64,000 bases of DNA from Clostridia bacterium (lineage in GTDB: Bacteria > Bacillota > Clostridia > TANB77 > CAG-508), in the NCBI GenBank assembly GCA_017536685.1, contig JAFXGW010000011.1, forward strand, positions 25,958-89,957, read 5' to 3'. The first letter of the stretch is position 1, and the number at the start of each line of letters is the position of its first letter. Below the pieces are notes generated by a model. It worked only from the letters and a program-made list of their open reading frames with translations. It did not search any database and was not told where the DNA came from. A program made the position numbers and the translations under genes. Below are positions 18,912 to 29,218 of this stretch, piece by piece.

Positions 18912-20309
18912 CTAAAATCTAAAATACAAAAATGGATTGAATGAATCATCTATAATATAGCTTGTTGAAAGTATTAATATAAGTATTAAAAATACAGGTT
19001 CTACAACACTCACAAATTTTTTCAATCTATCTTTAGAGAAAAGATTTTTCATTAAAGGTGTGCTCCCTATAATTCCGATTAACATCACAATAAAATAACT
19101 TTTAAAGTAATATAAACTTTCTTGAGAAATAAGCGGTATATCTTTATATCCAATCAAACCACCTAAATGTTCAAAGATTTGTTTTGAACTTTCACCACTA
19201 AATATTATAAAGCTTATCATTACTGTTAGTAACACATAAATTCTTGACAGAAAACTTGGCATTTTTTCTAAATATTTTCCTAAAAACACTTTTTCTAAAA
19301 CTAAGATTATGCCAAAATATAATCCCCAAATAATAAAATTCCAATCAGCTCCATGCCATATTCCAGTTAACATCCAAACAACTAAGATGTTTCTTAACCA
19401 TTTAACTTTACTTACTCTGTTTCCTCCAAGTGGAATATATACGTAATCTCTAAAAAAACTACTTAAAGAAATATGCCATCTTCTCCAAAAATCTGTTACA
19501 CTTTTAGCAATATATGGATAATTGAAGTTTTCTAAAAAGTCAAATCCAAACATTTTTCCAAGTCCAATTGCCATGTCTGAATATCCTGAAAAATCAAAGT
19601 AAATTTGAAGCGTTACTGCTATTCCGTATATCCAATAAAATAATACACTTTTATCATTAGAAGCTAAAAATACTTGCACTAGCTCTCCTAATAAATTAGC
19701 AATCAAAACTTTTTTTCCAAGCCCTATAACAAATCTTCTAACTCCAAAAGCAAATTTATCAAAAGAATGCTCTCTCTTTTCTAATTGTTCTTCAATTGTT
19801 TCATATCTTACTATAGGTCCTGCAATTAATTGTGGGAATAATGTTATATATAGACCTAATCTAAAAATATTTTTTTGTACTTTTACTTTTCCCTTATAAA
19901 GATCTATTATATATGTAAGCATTTGAAATGTATAAAAAGAAATTCCTATTGGAAGTACAACATTAATAAGATCAACTTTATTAGAAAGCCATAAATTTAT
20001 ATTCTCAATTATGAAATTAGTATATTTAAAATATATTAATAAACCAATACTTGTAAATATTGATAATCCTAAAAATATCTTCGAATGTTTTCTAAATTTA
20101 TCAATTAATAAACCATAAATATATGAAAATGTAATTGATAAAATCATTATTAAAACATAAGTTGGTTCTCCATATGCATAGAAAATTAAAGATGCAATTA
20201 ATAACACAAAATTTCTACATCTTTTTGGTAATATGTAATATAAAGCCAAAGTTATTGGCAAAAAGTAAAATAAAAAAGCAATACTTGAAAATACCATAAA
20301 TCCTCCCAA
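18912..20309 (-). CDS. MBOAT-family membrane O-acyltransferase (AlgI/DltB-like)
   Basis: 465 aa, multi-TM. Conserved His region WRRWHISLSSFFRDYVYIPLGGNR. The ORF-track start is TTG; a more likely start is ATG at 20297 (MVFSS) after GGGAGGA. Confidence 0.8.
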   Translation of the reverse strand: MGGFMVFSSIAFLFYFLPITLALYYILPKRCRNFVLLIASLIFYAYGEPTYVLIMILSITFSYIYGLLIDKFRKHSKIFLGLSIFTSIGLLIYFKYTNFIIENINLWLSNKVDLINVVLPIGISFYTFQMLTYIIDLYKGKVKVQKNIFRLGLYITLFPQLIAGPIVRYETIEEQLEKREHSFDKFAFGVRRFVIGLGKKVLIANLLGELVQVFLASNDKSVLFYWIYGIAVTLQIYFDFSGYSDMAIGLGKMFGFDFLENFNYPYIAKSVTDFWRRWHISLSSFFRDYVYIPLGGNRVSKVKWLRNILVVWMLTGIWHGADWNFIIWGLYFGIILVLEKVFLGKYLEKMPSFLSRIYVLLTVMISFIIFSGESSKQIFEHLGGLIGYKDIPLISQESLYYFKSYFIVMLIGIIGSTPLMKNLFSKDRLKKFVSVVEPVFLILILILSTSYIIDDSFNPFLYFRF

Positions 20310-20457
20310 GTCATAAAATATATAAATTAATTACTATGCTGTTTTTTAATAACAATAATACATCTAATTGTTATTATCAATTTCCTTATTAAACAAAAAT
20401 CGATTGAATTATGAAAGGTAAAATACCAACAATAATTCAATCGATTTGATATTTATT

Positions 20458-21126
20458 TTAATACATATCTTCTGGTAGTTCTTCTACAGCTTCTGCTTTA
20501 TTGTATTCTTGTCCAACTTTACCAACTTTAGATTTGAATGCTTCATATACTGGTTTCGCCATTTCTTCAGAAGACATTACTAAAAATACTAAGTCTTCTG
20601 TACTTGTAGCATAAAGTACTTCAGCTGATACACAAATCCATTTTCTCATGTCGATATTTTCGCTCATTTCTTTTGCAATAGCATCTGCATCTGATCCATC
20701 TTTTACTTTTGCAATTACAAGAGAATAAGCTTGAGAAGACATCATTGGTTCTGATACAACAAGATATTCTAAATCATCTCCATTTTTTAAACCTGTCATA
20801 TAAGAAACTGATTCTGAATCAGTAACATCAACAGCTTGTGACATTAGGCTTGGAAATAATTCTTCATTTCCAGCATAAATCGTATCAACAAAAGCTGTTA
20901 AATCTTCTGCAGAATTAATATTTAATTCTACTTCATTATTAGAGTTAGATTCAAAATTAGAAATTATATTTTGTGTTTCTTTGTTGTTTCCTTGTGCTGC
21001 TTGCATTTGAGCTTCAAGTTCTTCTGGAGTAATATTATCCACTGCTGGCTCTTGATTTTTATTTAATGCAAAAAATCCTAAAACCACTATAGCCACAACT
21101 ATAATACATATAATTAATTTTTTCAT
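20458..21126 (-). CDS. secreted/lipoprotein-like hypothetical protein
   Basis: 222 aa. N-terminal signal/TM, then an acidic domain. Downstream 14-bp inverted-repeat hairpin. Confidence 0.3.
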   Translation of the reverse strand: MKKLIICIIVVAIVVLGFFALNKNQEPAVDNITPEELEAQMQAAQGNNKETQNIISNFESNSNNEVELNINSAEDLTAFVDTIYAGNEELFPSLMSQAVDVTDSESVSYMTGLKNGDDLEYLVVSEPMMSSQAYSLVIAKVKDGSDADAIAKEMSENIDMRKWICVSAEVLYATSTEDLVFLVMSSEEMAKPVYEAFKSKVGKVGQEYNKAEAVEELPEDMY

Positions 21127-21243
21127 AATTGTAATTCCTTTCTTTTGTTTTTTCTATAAACATTATAATATATAAATAAATAAAGTCAATTAAATACTTA
21201 TTAAATTCATTAATTTATTTTTCATTTTTATAAATAATAATTA

Positions 21244-22143
21244 TTATTTATTTCTATCTCTTATATAAACAGTTAATCCTCTTAAAAATTCTGCTTTTTC
21301 ATTAAATTGTTTTAAATCTTCTAATGCCTCTTCTATAATTTTATTTAATTCTTGTTTTGCTCCATCTAAACCATAATAAGAAACATATGTACATTTTTCA
21401 AGTTCTTTATCATTTCCAACAGGTTTCCCCATTATTTCTTGGTCTCCTTCTTCTGAAAGGATATCATCTTTTATTTGGAATGCTAAGCCAATTTTATCAG
21501 CAAATTTAGAAAGAACTTCTATATCTTTTTCTGATGCTCCTGCTAAAATTGCTCCCATTCTAATACTTAATTTAAGAAGTGCTCCAGTTTTATTCTCGTG
21601 AATATATTGTAGCAATTCTTTCGATATTTGTTTCCCCTCTAACTCAGTATCTAAATATTCTCCTGCAATCATTCTATCTGTTGCAATAGAAAATTCATTA
21701 AATGCTCTTACTTCTTTTTCTAATAAATCATAATTTTTATTCTTAGCTTGTTTATTCATTTCATTACTAATAGTAATATATGCTTGATTAAAAAGAGCAT
21801 CTCCAGCTAAAAGTGCTGTTGCATGATTAAATGCTTTATGATTTGTAGGTTTTCCATGTCGTAAATCATCATTATCTATTTCTGGCAAATCATCATGTAT
21901 TAATGAAAAATTATGAACCATTTCTAATGCCATTGAAAAAGAAAAAGACGTTTCGTAATCTTGTTTAAATAATCTATAAGTATCTATTACTAATATTGCT
22001 CTTAATCTTTTTCCTCCAGCCATCAAACTATATTCTACAGAATTATTTAATAGCTTTTCAAAGCATTCCTCTTTTCTCACATATTTTTCTAGTTCTTTAT
22101 TTACTATACTTTGATAATTTTTTAGTTCTTCTTTAAATTCCAT
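21244..22143 (-). CDS. polyprenyl diphosphate synthase (FPP/GGPP synthase type)
   Basis: 299 aa. First DDxxD (LIHDDLPEIDNDDLRHGKPTNH). Second DDxxD (FQIKDDILS). Confidence 0.85.
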   Translation of the reverse strand: MEFKEELKNYQSIVNKELEKYVRKEECFEKLLNNSVEYSLMAGGKRLRAILVIDTYRLFKQDYETSFSFSMALEMVHNFSLIHDDLPEIDNDDLRHGKPTNHKAFNHATALLAGDALFNQAYITISNEMNKQAKNKNYDLLEKEVRAFNEFSIATDRMIAGEYLDTELEGKQISKELLQYIHENKTGALLKLSIRMGAILAGASEKDIEVLSKFADKIGLAFQIKDDILSEEGDQEIMGKPVGNDKELEKCTYVSYYGLDGAKQELNKIIEEALEDLKQFNEKAEFLRGLTVYIRDRNK

Positions 22144-22358
22144 ACAATACTCCTTGTTAAAAATCCATTTTAGTTTTATCTTTTCTTAATGTATATCATA
22201 AAATTATAAAAAAAAGAATAGTTTTATACTATTCTTTTTTATTATTTGATATTTAGTCTTTAATTTTTTAATTTATTTTATATAATTCAATATTTAGCCC
22301 AATTATTATGTATGAAAGTGAAAATATTCTTATAGCTATAAAAGCTATTCTTTTTTAT

Positions 22359-22688
22359 CTAGTCATACTCAATATGTGGATTTTCTTCCTGAGGAGTTTC
22401 CCATTCTATATTATATTTATTTTTTAAAATACTCTTTTTAACACTCCAGTACCCGTGACAAAAACCAAGATAGATACCTGAAGGATTTTTATAATTATCT
22501 GCCAATTTCTTTATTACATCTTCTTCTGTTAATCCATCTGTATTGCCAATAAGTTCAATTAATCTGTCATCATTAAGATTCTCATTATAGAATTTTTTGA
22601 AATCACTTTTTGCAATGATAGTCATAATTTCATCTTCCAATCCCGAAATTTCTTCTATCTTTTTTAATACTTCTTCAGAATTTGCCAT
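22359..22688 (-). CDS. hypothetical cytoplasmic protein
   Basis: Start set at MANSEEV, which is preceded by AAAGGAG. The ORF-track start lies further upstream and lacks an RBS. Confidence 0.35.
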   Translation of the reverse strand: MANSEEVLKKIEEISGLEDEIMTIIAKSDFKKFYNENLNDDRLIELIGNTDGLTEEDVIKKLADNYKNPSGIYLGFCHGYWSVKKSILKNKYNIEWETPQEENPHIEYD

Positions 22689-22790
22689 AATATACTCCTT
22701 TAATTTAATCTTATACCATATATTATACATTATTATTTTCAAAAAGACAATAAAAAAGTTCTTACACTCCCATTTTATCTATTCATACTT

Positions 22791-23747
22791 TTAATTAACA
22801 TTTACAATTTCTAATCCACAATTATAACTTGTATCTTCAAAAATAATTTGATTATCTTTTTTTAATGTAATATCTATTTTAGAATTAATATTTTCAAAAA
22901 TATTCTTGTCCATCTTTCCTTTAACAGGAGCTTTTAACTTTAGACCATTATTATATTTTGATTTTATATTTATACTATACTCTCCTCTTTTTAAAGTTAT
23001 ATTTAAATATTTATCATTAATATTGTATTTTATTATTTTAGAATTATTATAAGTTGTAAATTTATACTCTCTATTCTCAATTATTAAATCACAAATAACA
23101 CCTCTAAAATTAACCACTTTGAATGGAATATCAGCTATGGAAATCATGAAACTAGCATCTGAATTTTTGAAATCATTTCCCTGACACCAAATATAATTTT
23201 TAGGAAAAGAACATCCCCAATCTTTTTCAATATAACCAACGTCATCATTAAAGTTAATTTCATTACCATTAATATTTATCTTTCCACAAGCTTTATTTTT
23301 CATGCAAAGTATTGCATGATTACATTCCATAAATGGTATATACGAAAATGGTCCCATTATATTAGGATTTAAAAAATCTGTTTTTATATTTTTATTATTC
23401 GAATATTTTATATCGCCATATATTCTTAAATTTTGCTTTTTATCATCAATATCTATATGCAAATTCGTTTTTGAAAATAAATTTTTCCCTATTTTGATAC
23501 AAAAAGGCTTATCAGAAAATTCAAATTCATCAATATTATAATTTACATAGTATGATTCCTTATTTGTTATTACTTGTATAAAAGATTTTCTCTCATTTTC
23601 ATTTATATTTATTCCAGGTATAACCGAAATTCCATTTTCTTTATTAGTATTCTTAAAGTACCAACCTTCAAAATACGTTTTATTTGTTTCTAAATATTTT
23701 TCTCCTTGAAAAATTTCAGGATTTTTAATTAAATATAATTTATTCAT
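22791..23747 (-). CDS. tocopherol-cyclase-like family protein
   Basis: 318 aa. N-terminal YFEGWYFK motif resembles the FFEGWY signature of VTE1/slr1737-type cyclases. Several Cys/His/Trp-rich segments. Confidence 0.4.
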   Translation of the reverse strand: MNKLYLIKNPEIFQGEKYLETNKTYFEGWYFKNTNKENGISVIPGININENERKSFIQVITNKESYYVNYNIDEFEFSDKPFCIKIGKNLFSKTNLHIDIDDKKQNLRIYGDIKYSNNKNIKTDFLNPNIMGPFSYIPFMECNHAILCMKNKACGKININGNEINFNDDVGYIEKDWGCSFPKNYIWCQGNDFKNSDASFMISIADIPFKVVNFRGVICDLIIENREYKFTTYNNSKIIKYNINDKYLNITLKRGEYSINIKSKYNNGLKLKAPVKGKMDKNIFENINSKIDITLKKDNQIIFEDTSYNCGLEIVNVN

Positions 23748-23882
23748 AATGGTAGTATTTTCAAAATAATTTATTTTATCCTCTATAAAGATTTATTCCA
23801 TAATAAAAACTTTATCTATTTTAATTATAAAAAATCATATTTCAATTTATCAAAAATAAACATTTATTAGGAGGTAGAATCT

Positions 23883-24341
23883 ATGTCAAATTTAAAAATT
23901 TATGCAAAGTCAATTCTTACTACAGTCATTTTAGGAGGTCTTGTTGGTTTTATTATCTCTGGATCAATTGATTATAATTCACTTCAAAAGCCACCATTTT
24001 CTCCACCTAGTAGTCTTTTCCCAATAGTTTGGACTATACTTTATATTTTAATGGGAGTATCTTATGGAATTTTAAAAAGTAATGGATTAGTTGATTCAAA
24101 AATTAATTTAATATACTATTCTCAATTAGTTGTAAATTTACTTTGGCCAATAGTTTTTTTTGTTTTACAATGGAGGCTTTTTGCATTCCTTTGGATTATT
24201 TTGCTTATCGTATTAGTTGCAAATATGATTACCCAATTTTACAATAAAAATGATTTAGCTGGACTTCTTCAAATACCATATTTTCTATGGTTATTATTCG
24301 CTGCATATTTAAATTTAGGAGTATATTTACTTAATAAATAA
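23883..24341 (+). CDS. tspO: TspO/MBR (tryptophan-rich sensory protein, CrtK) family membrane protein
   Basis: 152 aa. Five TM helices. PPFSPP...FPIVWTILY...LLWPIVFF...W/Y-rich pattern. RBS AGGAGG upstream. Confidence 0.8.
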   Translation: MSNLKIYAKSILTTVILGGLVGFIISGSIDYNSLQKPPFSPPSSLFPIVWTILYILMGVSYGILKSNGLVDSKINLIYYSQLVVNLLWPIVFFVLQWRLFAFLWIILLIVLVANMITQFYNKNDLAGLLQIPYFLWLLFAAYLNLGVYLLNK

Positions 24342-24457
24342 TATACATATTAAAATATTCTTTATATTATAAATCCAAAAAGCGATTAGATTATAATATT
24401 CTAATCGCTTTAGTATATTTTATATTTTCTTTTAGTCTTCTTTTTTATCATCAACTT

Positions 24458-25759
24458 TTATTTCTGTTTTTTGTTTACCAAAATAATTGTTACAAATACA
24501 GTTAAAGCAAGTACAACTGCAAAACCAATACAAATTAAAACTATTTGTGTTCCAGAAATTGAATATAGTGTTGCATCTGCTTCATTAGCAACAACTTCAT
24601 CATTTTGAAGATCTTTATTAACAACATTTTCGTTTTCTATTTTTTCGTCAGAAGCAACTTCATCTTCTATATCTTCTATTTCTGTACTATCTTCTTCAAG
24701 TTCATAATATTCTAATTCTCTGTCTAAAATATCTTGATATGTTTCTCCTTCAGATAATAATTCATCGACATTAAATAACCAGCCACTTACTCCATTATAT
24801 GTTACATATATCCAAGTAATCATTTTAGTATTTACAGCATAAGTTGCCTCTAATTTTGTTTCTAATGGGAGTTCATCCACTAAGACTTCACTTCTTAAGT
24901 CTGCTTCTTTATATATTTTTGCTGGATAATCTACAATATATTCCATGCTTTCTTCTAACCATGTCATATTAGTTGCATAATCTTCATGCCTAACATATCC
25001 TGAAACTCCATTATGCTCTACATATAATCCCCAGCTCCAATCGTCTATTTCTAAATAATTTTCTATTTTTGTATTTGCTGGTATTTTTCCAATAACTTTA
25101 GTATAAGTAGTATCTTTGTATACTTTTACTTCTTTACCGCTTATAATTTCTTTATCTTTTTCAGAATATTCATCATAAGCATCTTTAATTCCAACAGTAC
25201 CATTTAAAATGCAAATCCATCCTGAACCATTACTTGTTTTGGCAAAGAACCAAGGATTTCCAGCGTTTTCATTATCATTATATAATTCTATTTCTGTTCC
25301 TTTTTTTAATACAGTTCCTTCTTTTTCGTAACCATAAGCAGGACCTTTATATAATTCCACCCCATCTTGTAACACAACAGATTTTGTTCCAACTTTTGAA
25401 GAGTTTTTTGAAAGTTCTATTTGTTTTTCTTCTAATACTTTAATGTCACTAATTTTGACATAATAAGCAGATGATGCATATTCCTCATCTAAATAATAAT
25501 GCCCATAAAGTTCATCTTCAATTTCTTGCTCATAATGTATCGTTATTGTGTCTCCATATTTAAGTTTTCCGTCTTTTTCTAATCTACTTTCTTTTAAAGT
25601 TTCATCATAAACATATCTATAATAATCTGCTCCATCAACAACAGAAATTGTAGCAGTATATGGCTTCACACTAGGTGCATCCATATCAGCAAAAACAGCA
25701 ATTTGTATAGATATTAAAGCTAATATTAATACCATTATAAATAATAATTTATTTTTCAT
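24458..25759 (-). CDS. cell-surface protein with signal peptide, repeated SH3b-like segments, acidic linker and C-terminal TM anchor
   Basis: 433 aa. Signal MKNKLLFIMVLILALISIQIAVFA. Recurrent GW..(I/Y)..NG.SG(Y/W) blocks. Acidic EEDSTEIEDIEDE stretch. Terminal hydrophobic helix plus KKQK. Confidence 0.4.
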   Translation of the reverse strand: MKNKLLFIMVLILALISIQIAVFADMDAPSVKPYTATISVVDGADYYRYVYDETLKESRLEKDGKLKYGDTITIHYEQEIEDELYGHYYLDEEYASSAYYVKISDIKVLEEKQIELSKNSSKVGTKSVVLQDGVELYKGPAYGYEKEGTVLKKGTEIELYNDNENAGNPWFFAKTSNGSGWICILNGTVGIKDAYDEYSEKDKEIISGKEVKVYKDTTYTKVIGKIPANTKIENYLEIDDWSWGLYVEHNGVSGYVRHEDYATNMTWLEESMEYIVDYPAKIYKEADLRSEVLVDELPLETKLEATYAVNTKMITWIYVTYNGVSGWLFNVDELLSEGETYQDILDRELEYYELEEDSTEIEDIEDEVASDEKIENENVVNKDLQNDEVVANEADATLYSISGTQIVLICIGFAVVLALTVFVTIILVNKKQK

Positions 25760-25768
25760 TTTTCCCTC

Positions 25769-26128
25769 CTAAAAATTTATATATTTTATTATATCACCTA
25801 TTATATAAGAACATAGGTTTAATATTAATGACAGTATGTAAGGATTTATTTTTTTGAATTTCAAATATTTACTATAAATTTTGCCTTCTATAAGTACAGT
25901 AATTATTTCTAAAATAATTACTATTATATTTCTTTGCATTAATCCATACCTTATATTTACAAAAACTGGTAAGCTAACAACTATTGGGTTTGTCATAACA
26001 TTTACAAGTAAAATATTTAATATATCCTTTTTATCTTTCACTTTTAATATAATTGCAAAAATAATTTCAATAACTATAGTAAAAAATAAACAATTAATCA
26101 TTATAAATGGTAAATCATTTATTATCAT
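25769..26128 (-). CDS. small polytopic membrane protein, unknown function
   Basis: 119 aa. Three or four hydrophobic helices. The start overlaps a possible 46-aa upstream ORF. Confidence 0.35.
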   Translation of the reverse strand: MIINDLPFIMINCLFFTIVIEIIFAIILKVKDKKDILNILLVNVMTNPIVVSLPVFVNIRYGLMQRNIIVIILEIITVLIEGKIYSKYLKFKKINPYILSLILNLCSYIIGDIIKYINF

Positions 26129-26238
26129 CTTTTTTCTTTAACTCCTTTAAAACTAATATAATAGCAATTATTATTCCAAGTAACATAGAAAATAAAAATC
26201 CATAAAATATTCCTAAATTATTCATAACAAATATTTTA

Positions 26239-27315
26239 TTAAACGTCAATTCCATTTTTTCTTTCATCCTTTTTATCTAAAATAAATAATAATATTATCG
26301 TACAAACAAGTGACATTACAGAAATCAAACCAAAATTAAAAATTGGATTTGTAATTTTTACAAAAAATATTGGTACTGTTCCTAAAAATAATCCAATTGT
26401 TGTAAGTCCAAATGCAAGTCCTGGAGCTTTCTTTAAAACAGATACTAATATAGCAAGAGTAATTGACATTGTCATACTAAAAAACATAACTCCTATTAAA
26501 GAAATAATCATTATATTTTCGCCAAAATATAAGAACGGTATTGCTGCAAGAGTACTTAATACTGCAATTTTTCTTATTCCAAACGCATCTGATAAAATTC
26601 CGCCTAAAGCTTTTCCTAGCCCCATTGTAAAATAAAGTATAACTGTTTGTATTATTGTTTTGTTCCATGAGGTTGGTAGTCCATAACCTATATAACCTCT
26701 TATCATAACCACTAAAACTGCAAGAAAAATTATTATCTTAGGGCTAATTTTTTTATTTGCATATTTAAAATTTTCACAGTTATCATTTTTATTTTGATAA
26801 GTTTCTGCTAACATTATAAATGGAATTGTAGTAATAATTAATATTAAGATCCCCAAAAATGGAATAATTGTAGACGCTAAAACTTTTCCTAAAATTACTC
26901 CAAAAGATCCACCCGCAACAAATATTGCACTATGTGAAAGTTTTCCGTTTGATGTTTTTAAGGTAACTTCTGCACCATTTATATGTACACAAGCATTTCC
27001 TAAACATAGTATTATTAGTGCTATATACACATTTACATTCATTCCAAAGAACATTACGTAACTTACAAACATCATAAACATTCCAATTATACTAAATTTT
27101 ATTTTTGGAAATTTGTCACTTATATATCCGATTATAGCTTGTGGTACAAAGGCCATTCCATCATATATAAATGGTATTAACCACACAAATCTTGAATTGT
27201 TTGCAATTGTTGTCAAAAAATAAAAACAAACAATTTCTGTAATTAAATGTATATAAAAATATAAATATCCTGTAGCTATATTTTTTGCTTTTAAAGTTTC
27301 ATTTATTTTTTTCAT
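26239..27315 (-). CDS. MFS-type transporter
   Basis: 358 aa. About 10-12 TM helices. Motif-A-like GKALGGILSDAFGIRK in a cytoplasmic loop. Confidence 0.6.
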   Translation of the reverse strand: MKKINETLKAKNIATGYLYFYIHLITEIVCFYFLTTIANNSRFVWLIPFIYDGMAFVPQAIIGYISDKFPKIKFSIIGMFMMFVSYVMFFGMNVNVYIALIILCLGNACVHINGAEVTLKTSNGKLSHSAIFVAGGSFGVILGKVLASTIIPFLGILILIITTIPFIMLAETYQNKNDNCENFKYANKKISPKIIIFLAVLVVMIRGYIGYGLPTSWNKTIIQTVILYFTMGLGKALGGILSDAFGIRKIAVLSTLAAIPFLYFGENIMIISLIGVMFFSMTMSITLAILVSVLKKAPGLAFGLTTIGLFLGTVPIFFVKITNPIFNFGLISVMSLVCTIILLFILDKKDERKNGIDV

Positions 27316-27462
27316 ATAAATCTCCTAACATAATATTAATTTAACATATATAATAATAATTTTCTATATTAAAACATAAAAAAGAAAATTAAATTTAGCA
27401 CAAAAAAACTTACGAGTACTTTCCTCATAAGTTTCTATTGTTATATATTATAAATTTATCTT

Positions 27463-28479
27463 TTATATAAATAAGCTTATCATATAAGCTGCATATCCAA
27501 TTAAATACATTACTCCATTTCTTTTGCTCATCATATTTTTTGGAGGTATATATTGAAATAAAAATAATCCAACACTTGCAACAAATAAAATAATTAGATC
27601 TGTATTATATTCAATATTAAATGTAATTGGTTTTATTAATGCTGCAATTCCTATTATCATTGTCATATTAAATATGTTTGAACCAATTATATTTCCAACT
27701 GAAATATCGCTATTACCTTTTATTGCAGCAATTACGCTTGTTACAAGTTCTGGCAAACTAGTTCCTATTGCTATTATAGTTAAACTTATAATCTTTTCAC
27801 TAATGTGGAAATATTCTGCAATTATAACTGCATTATCTACAATAAAGTCACCACCAAATTTTAAAGCAATAATACCTATTAATATTTGTACAACATTCCT
27901 CCAAATTGAGCCTGGATCCCTTTCTTTTGCTGCTTTTTCTGTTTCATCATCTTCATCTATTGGCGCTTCTTCGTCATATTTCTCACCTTTAATTCCCATT
28001 GCAACTGTATAGCCAATAAAAATATTGAATAACACTAATAGTATAACCGCTTCAATTCTAGTTATCATATTTCCAGTATTGCATAATATTGTAAAAATTA
28101 TTGTATATAAAATACATAGTGGAACTTCTATATATCTAGTTTCTTTTTTTAATTTTAATCTTCTTAGAGATGCTGATACTCCAAGAATTAATAAAAAGTT
28201 TGCTATATTACTTCCAATTACATTTCCAAGAGACATATCTGAAAAACCTTTAGTGGCGGAATTAATACTTACTAATAATTCTGGTAATGATGTTCCTATT
28301 GAAACTATAGTTAACCCAATTACTATTTCAGGAATATGAAATCTTTTAGCAATGTCACTTGAACCTTCAACTAAAAAATCCGCTCCCTTTATAAGAAGTA
28401 TAAATCCTATTATAATTAATATAGCTGGTAATATGATTTCCATATTTTTCCTCCATAATTTATATTTATTTTTCTTCAA
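27463..28479 (-). CDS. Ca2+/Na+ antiporter (CaCA family, YrbG-like)
   Basis: 338 aa. Duplicated alpha-repeats GTSLPEL (SIGTSLPELLVSI and AIGTSLPELVTSV). Confidence 0.85.
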   Translation of the reverse strand: MKKNKYKLWRKNMEIILPAILIIIGFILLIKGADFLVEGSSDIAKRFHIPEIVIGLTIVSIGTSLPELLVSINSATKGFSDMSLGNVIGSNIANFLLILGVSASLRRLKLKKETRYIEVPLCILYTIIFTILCNTGNMITRIEAVILLVLFNIFIGYTVAMGIKGEKYDEEAPIDEDDETEKAAKERDPGSIWRNVVQILIGIIALKFGGDFIVDNAVIIAEYFHISEKIISLTIIAIGTSLPELVTSVIAAIKGNSDISVGNIIGSNIFNMTMIIGIAALIKPITFNIEYNTDLIILFVASVGLFLFQYIPPKNMMSKRNGVMYLIGYAAYMISLFI

Positions 28480-28618
28480 TAACTTATATATTATACTATT
28501 TATTTTTTATTTTGAAAATAGTTTTTATAATAATATTTGCAATTGTAATTAAAATAATAAAAAATAAATTTAATAATTAATTTAAAAAGAGATTGAATTT
28601 ATCAACCTCTTCTATGTA

Positions 28619-29185
28619 TTATATTGTTTTTATTTCTTTTTCAATTATATCTTCTGCTTCTCTCATTGCAAAAATTGTTTTTTCAAACAATTCATTTAGT
28701 TCCCAACCTAATTGTTCTGCACCTTTGCTAATTGTTTCCCTAGAACATCCTGCTGCAAATTTTTTATCTTTAAATTTTTTCTTTAAACTTGAAACTTCCA
28801 TATCTTTTGTACTTTGAGAAGGTCTCATTTTAGCAGCTGCCCATATAAGTCCAGTTAATTCGTCAACAGCAAATAATATTTTTTCCATTTTATGCTCTGG
28901 TTTAACATCAGACGAGCTCCCATAAGCATGACTACATATTGCATGTACCATTTCATCACTTGCATTTATTTCAGCTAATAATTCTGGTGCTTTTTTGCAA
29001 TGTTCCTCTGGATATTTTTCATAATCAACATCATGCAAAAGTCCAACTAATCCCCAAAATTCCTCATTTTCATTATTTTCTTTTGCAAAGTATTTCATAA
29101 CTTGCTCAACTGTTAAAGCATGTCTTATATGAAATTCTTCTGTATTGTACTTTTTTAATAATTTAATTGCTTCTTCTCTATTCAT
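28619..29185 (-). CDS. HD-domain phosphohydrolase
   Basis: 188 aa. H...HD motif (HALTVE...GLLHDVDYEKYPEEH). Confidence 0.7.
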   Translation of the reverse strand: MNREEAIKLLKKYNTEEFHIRHALTVEQVMKYFAKENNENEEFWGLVGLLHDVDYEKYPEEHCKKAPELLAEINASDEMVHAICSHAYGSSSDVKPEHKMEKILFAVDELTGLIWAAAKMRPSQSTKDMEVSSLKKKFKDKKFAAGCSRETISKGAEQLGWELNELFEKTIFAMREAEDIIEKEIKTI

Positions 29186-29218
29186 TTATCTTGTCCCCTT
29201 TTTATTTTTTAACCTACT

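Noticed and set aside
22359-22742. Extended 127-aa ORF start (MKIIMYNIWYK...) for the small hypothetical gene
   Set aside because: The upstream ATG lacks an RBS and encodes a low-complexity leader. An internal ATG (MANSEEV) has a canonical AAAGGAG RBS, so the shorter CDS is reported instead.
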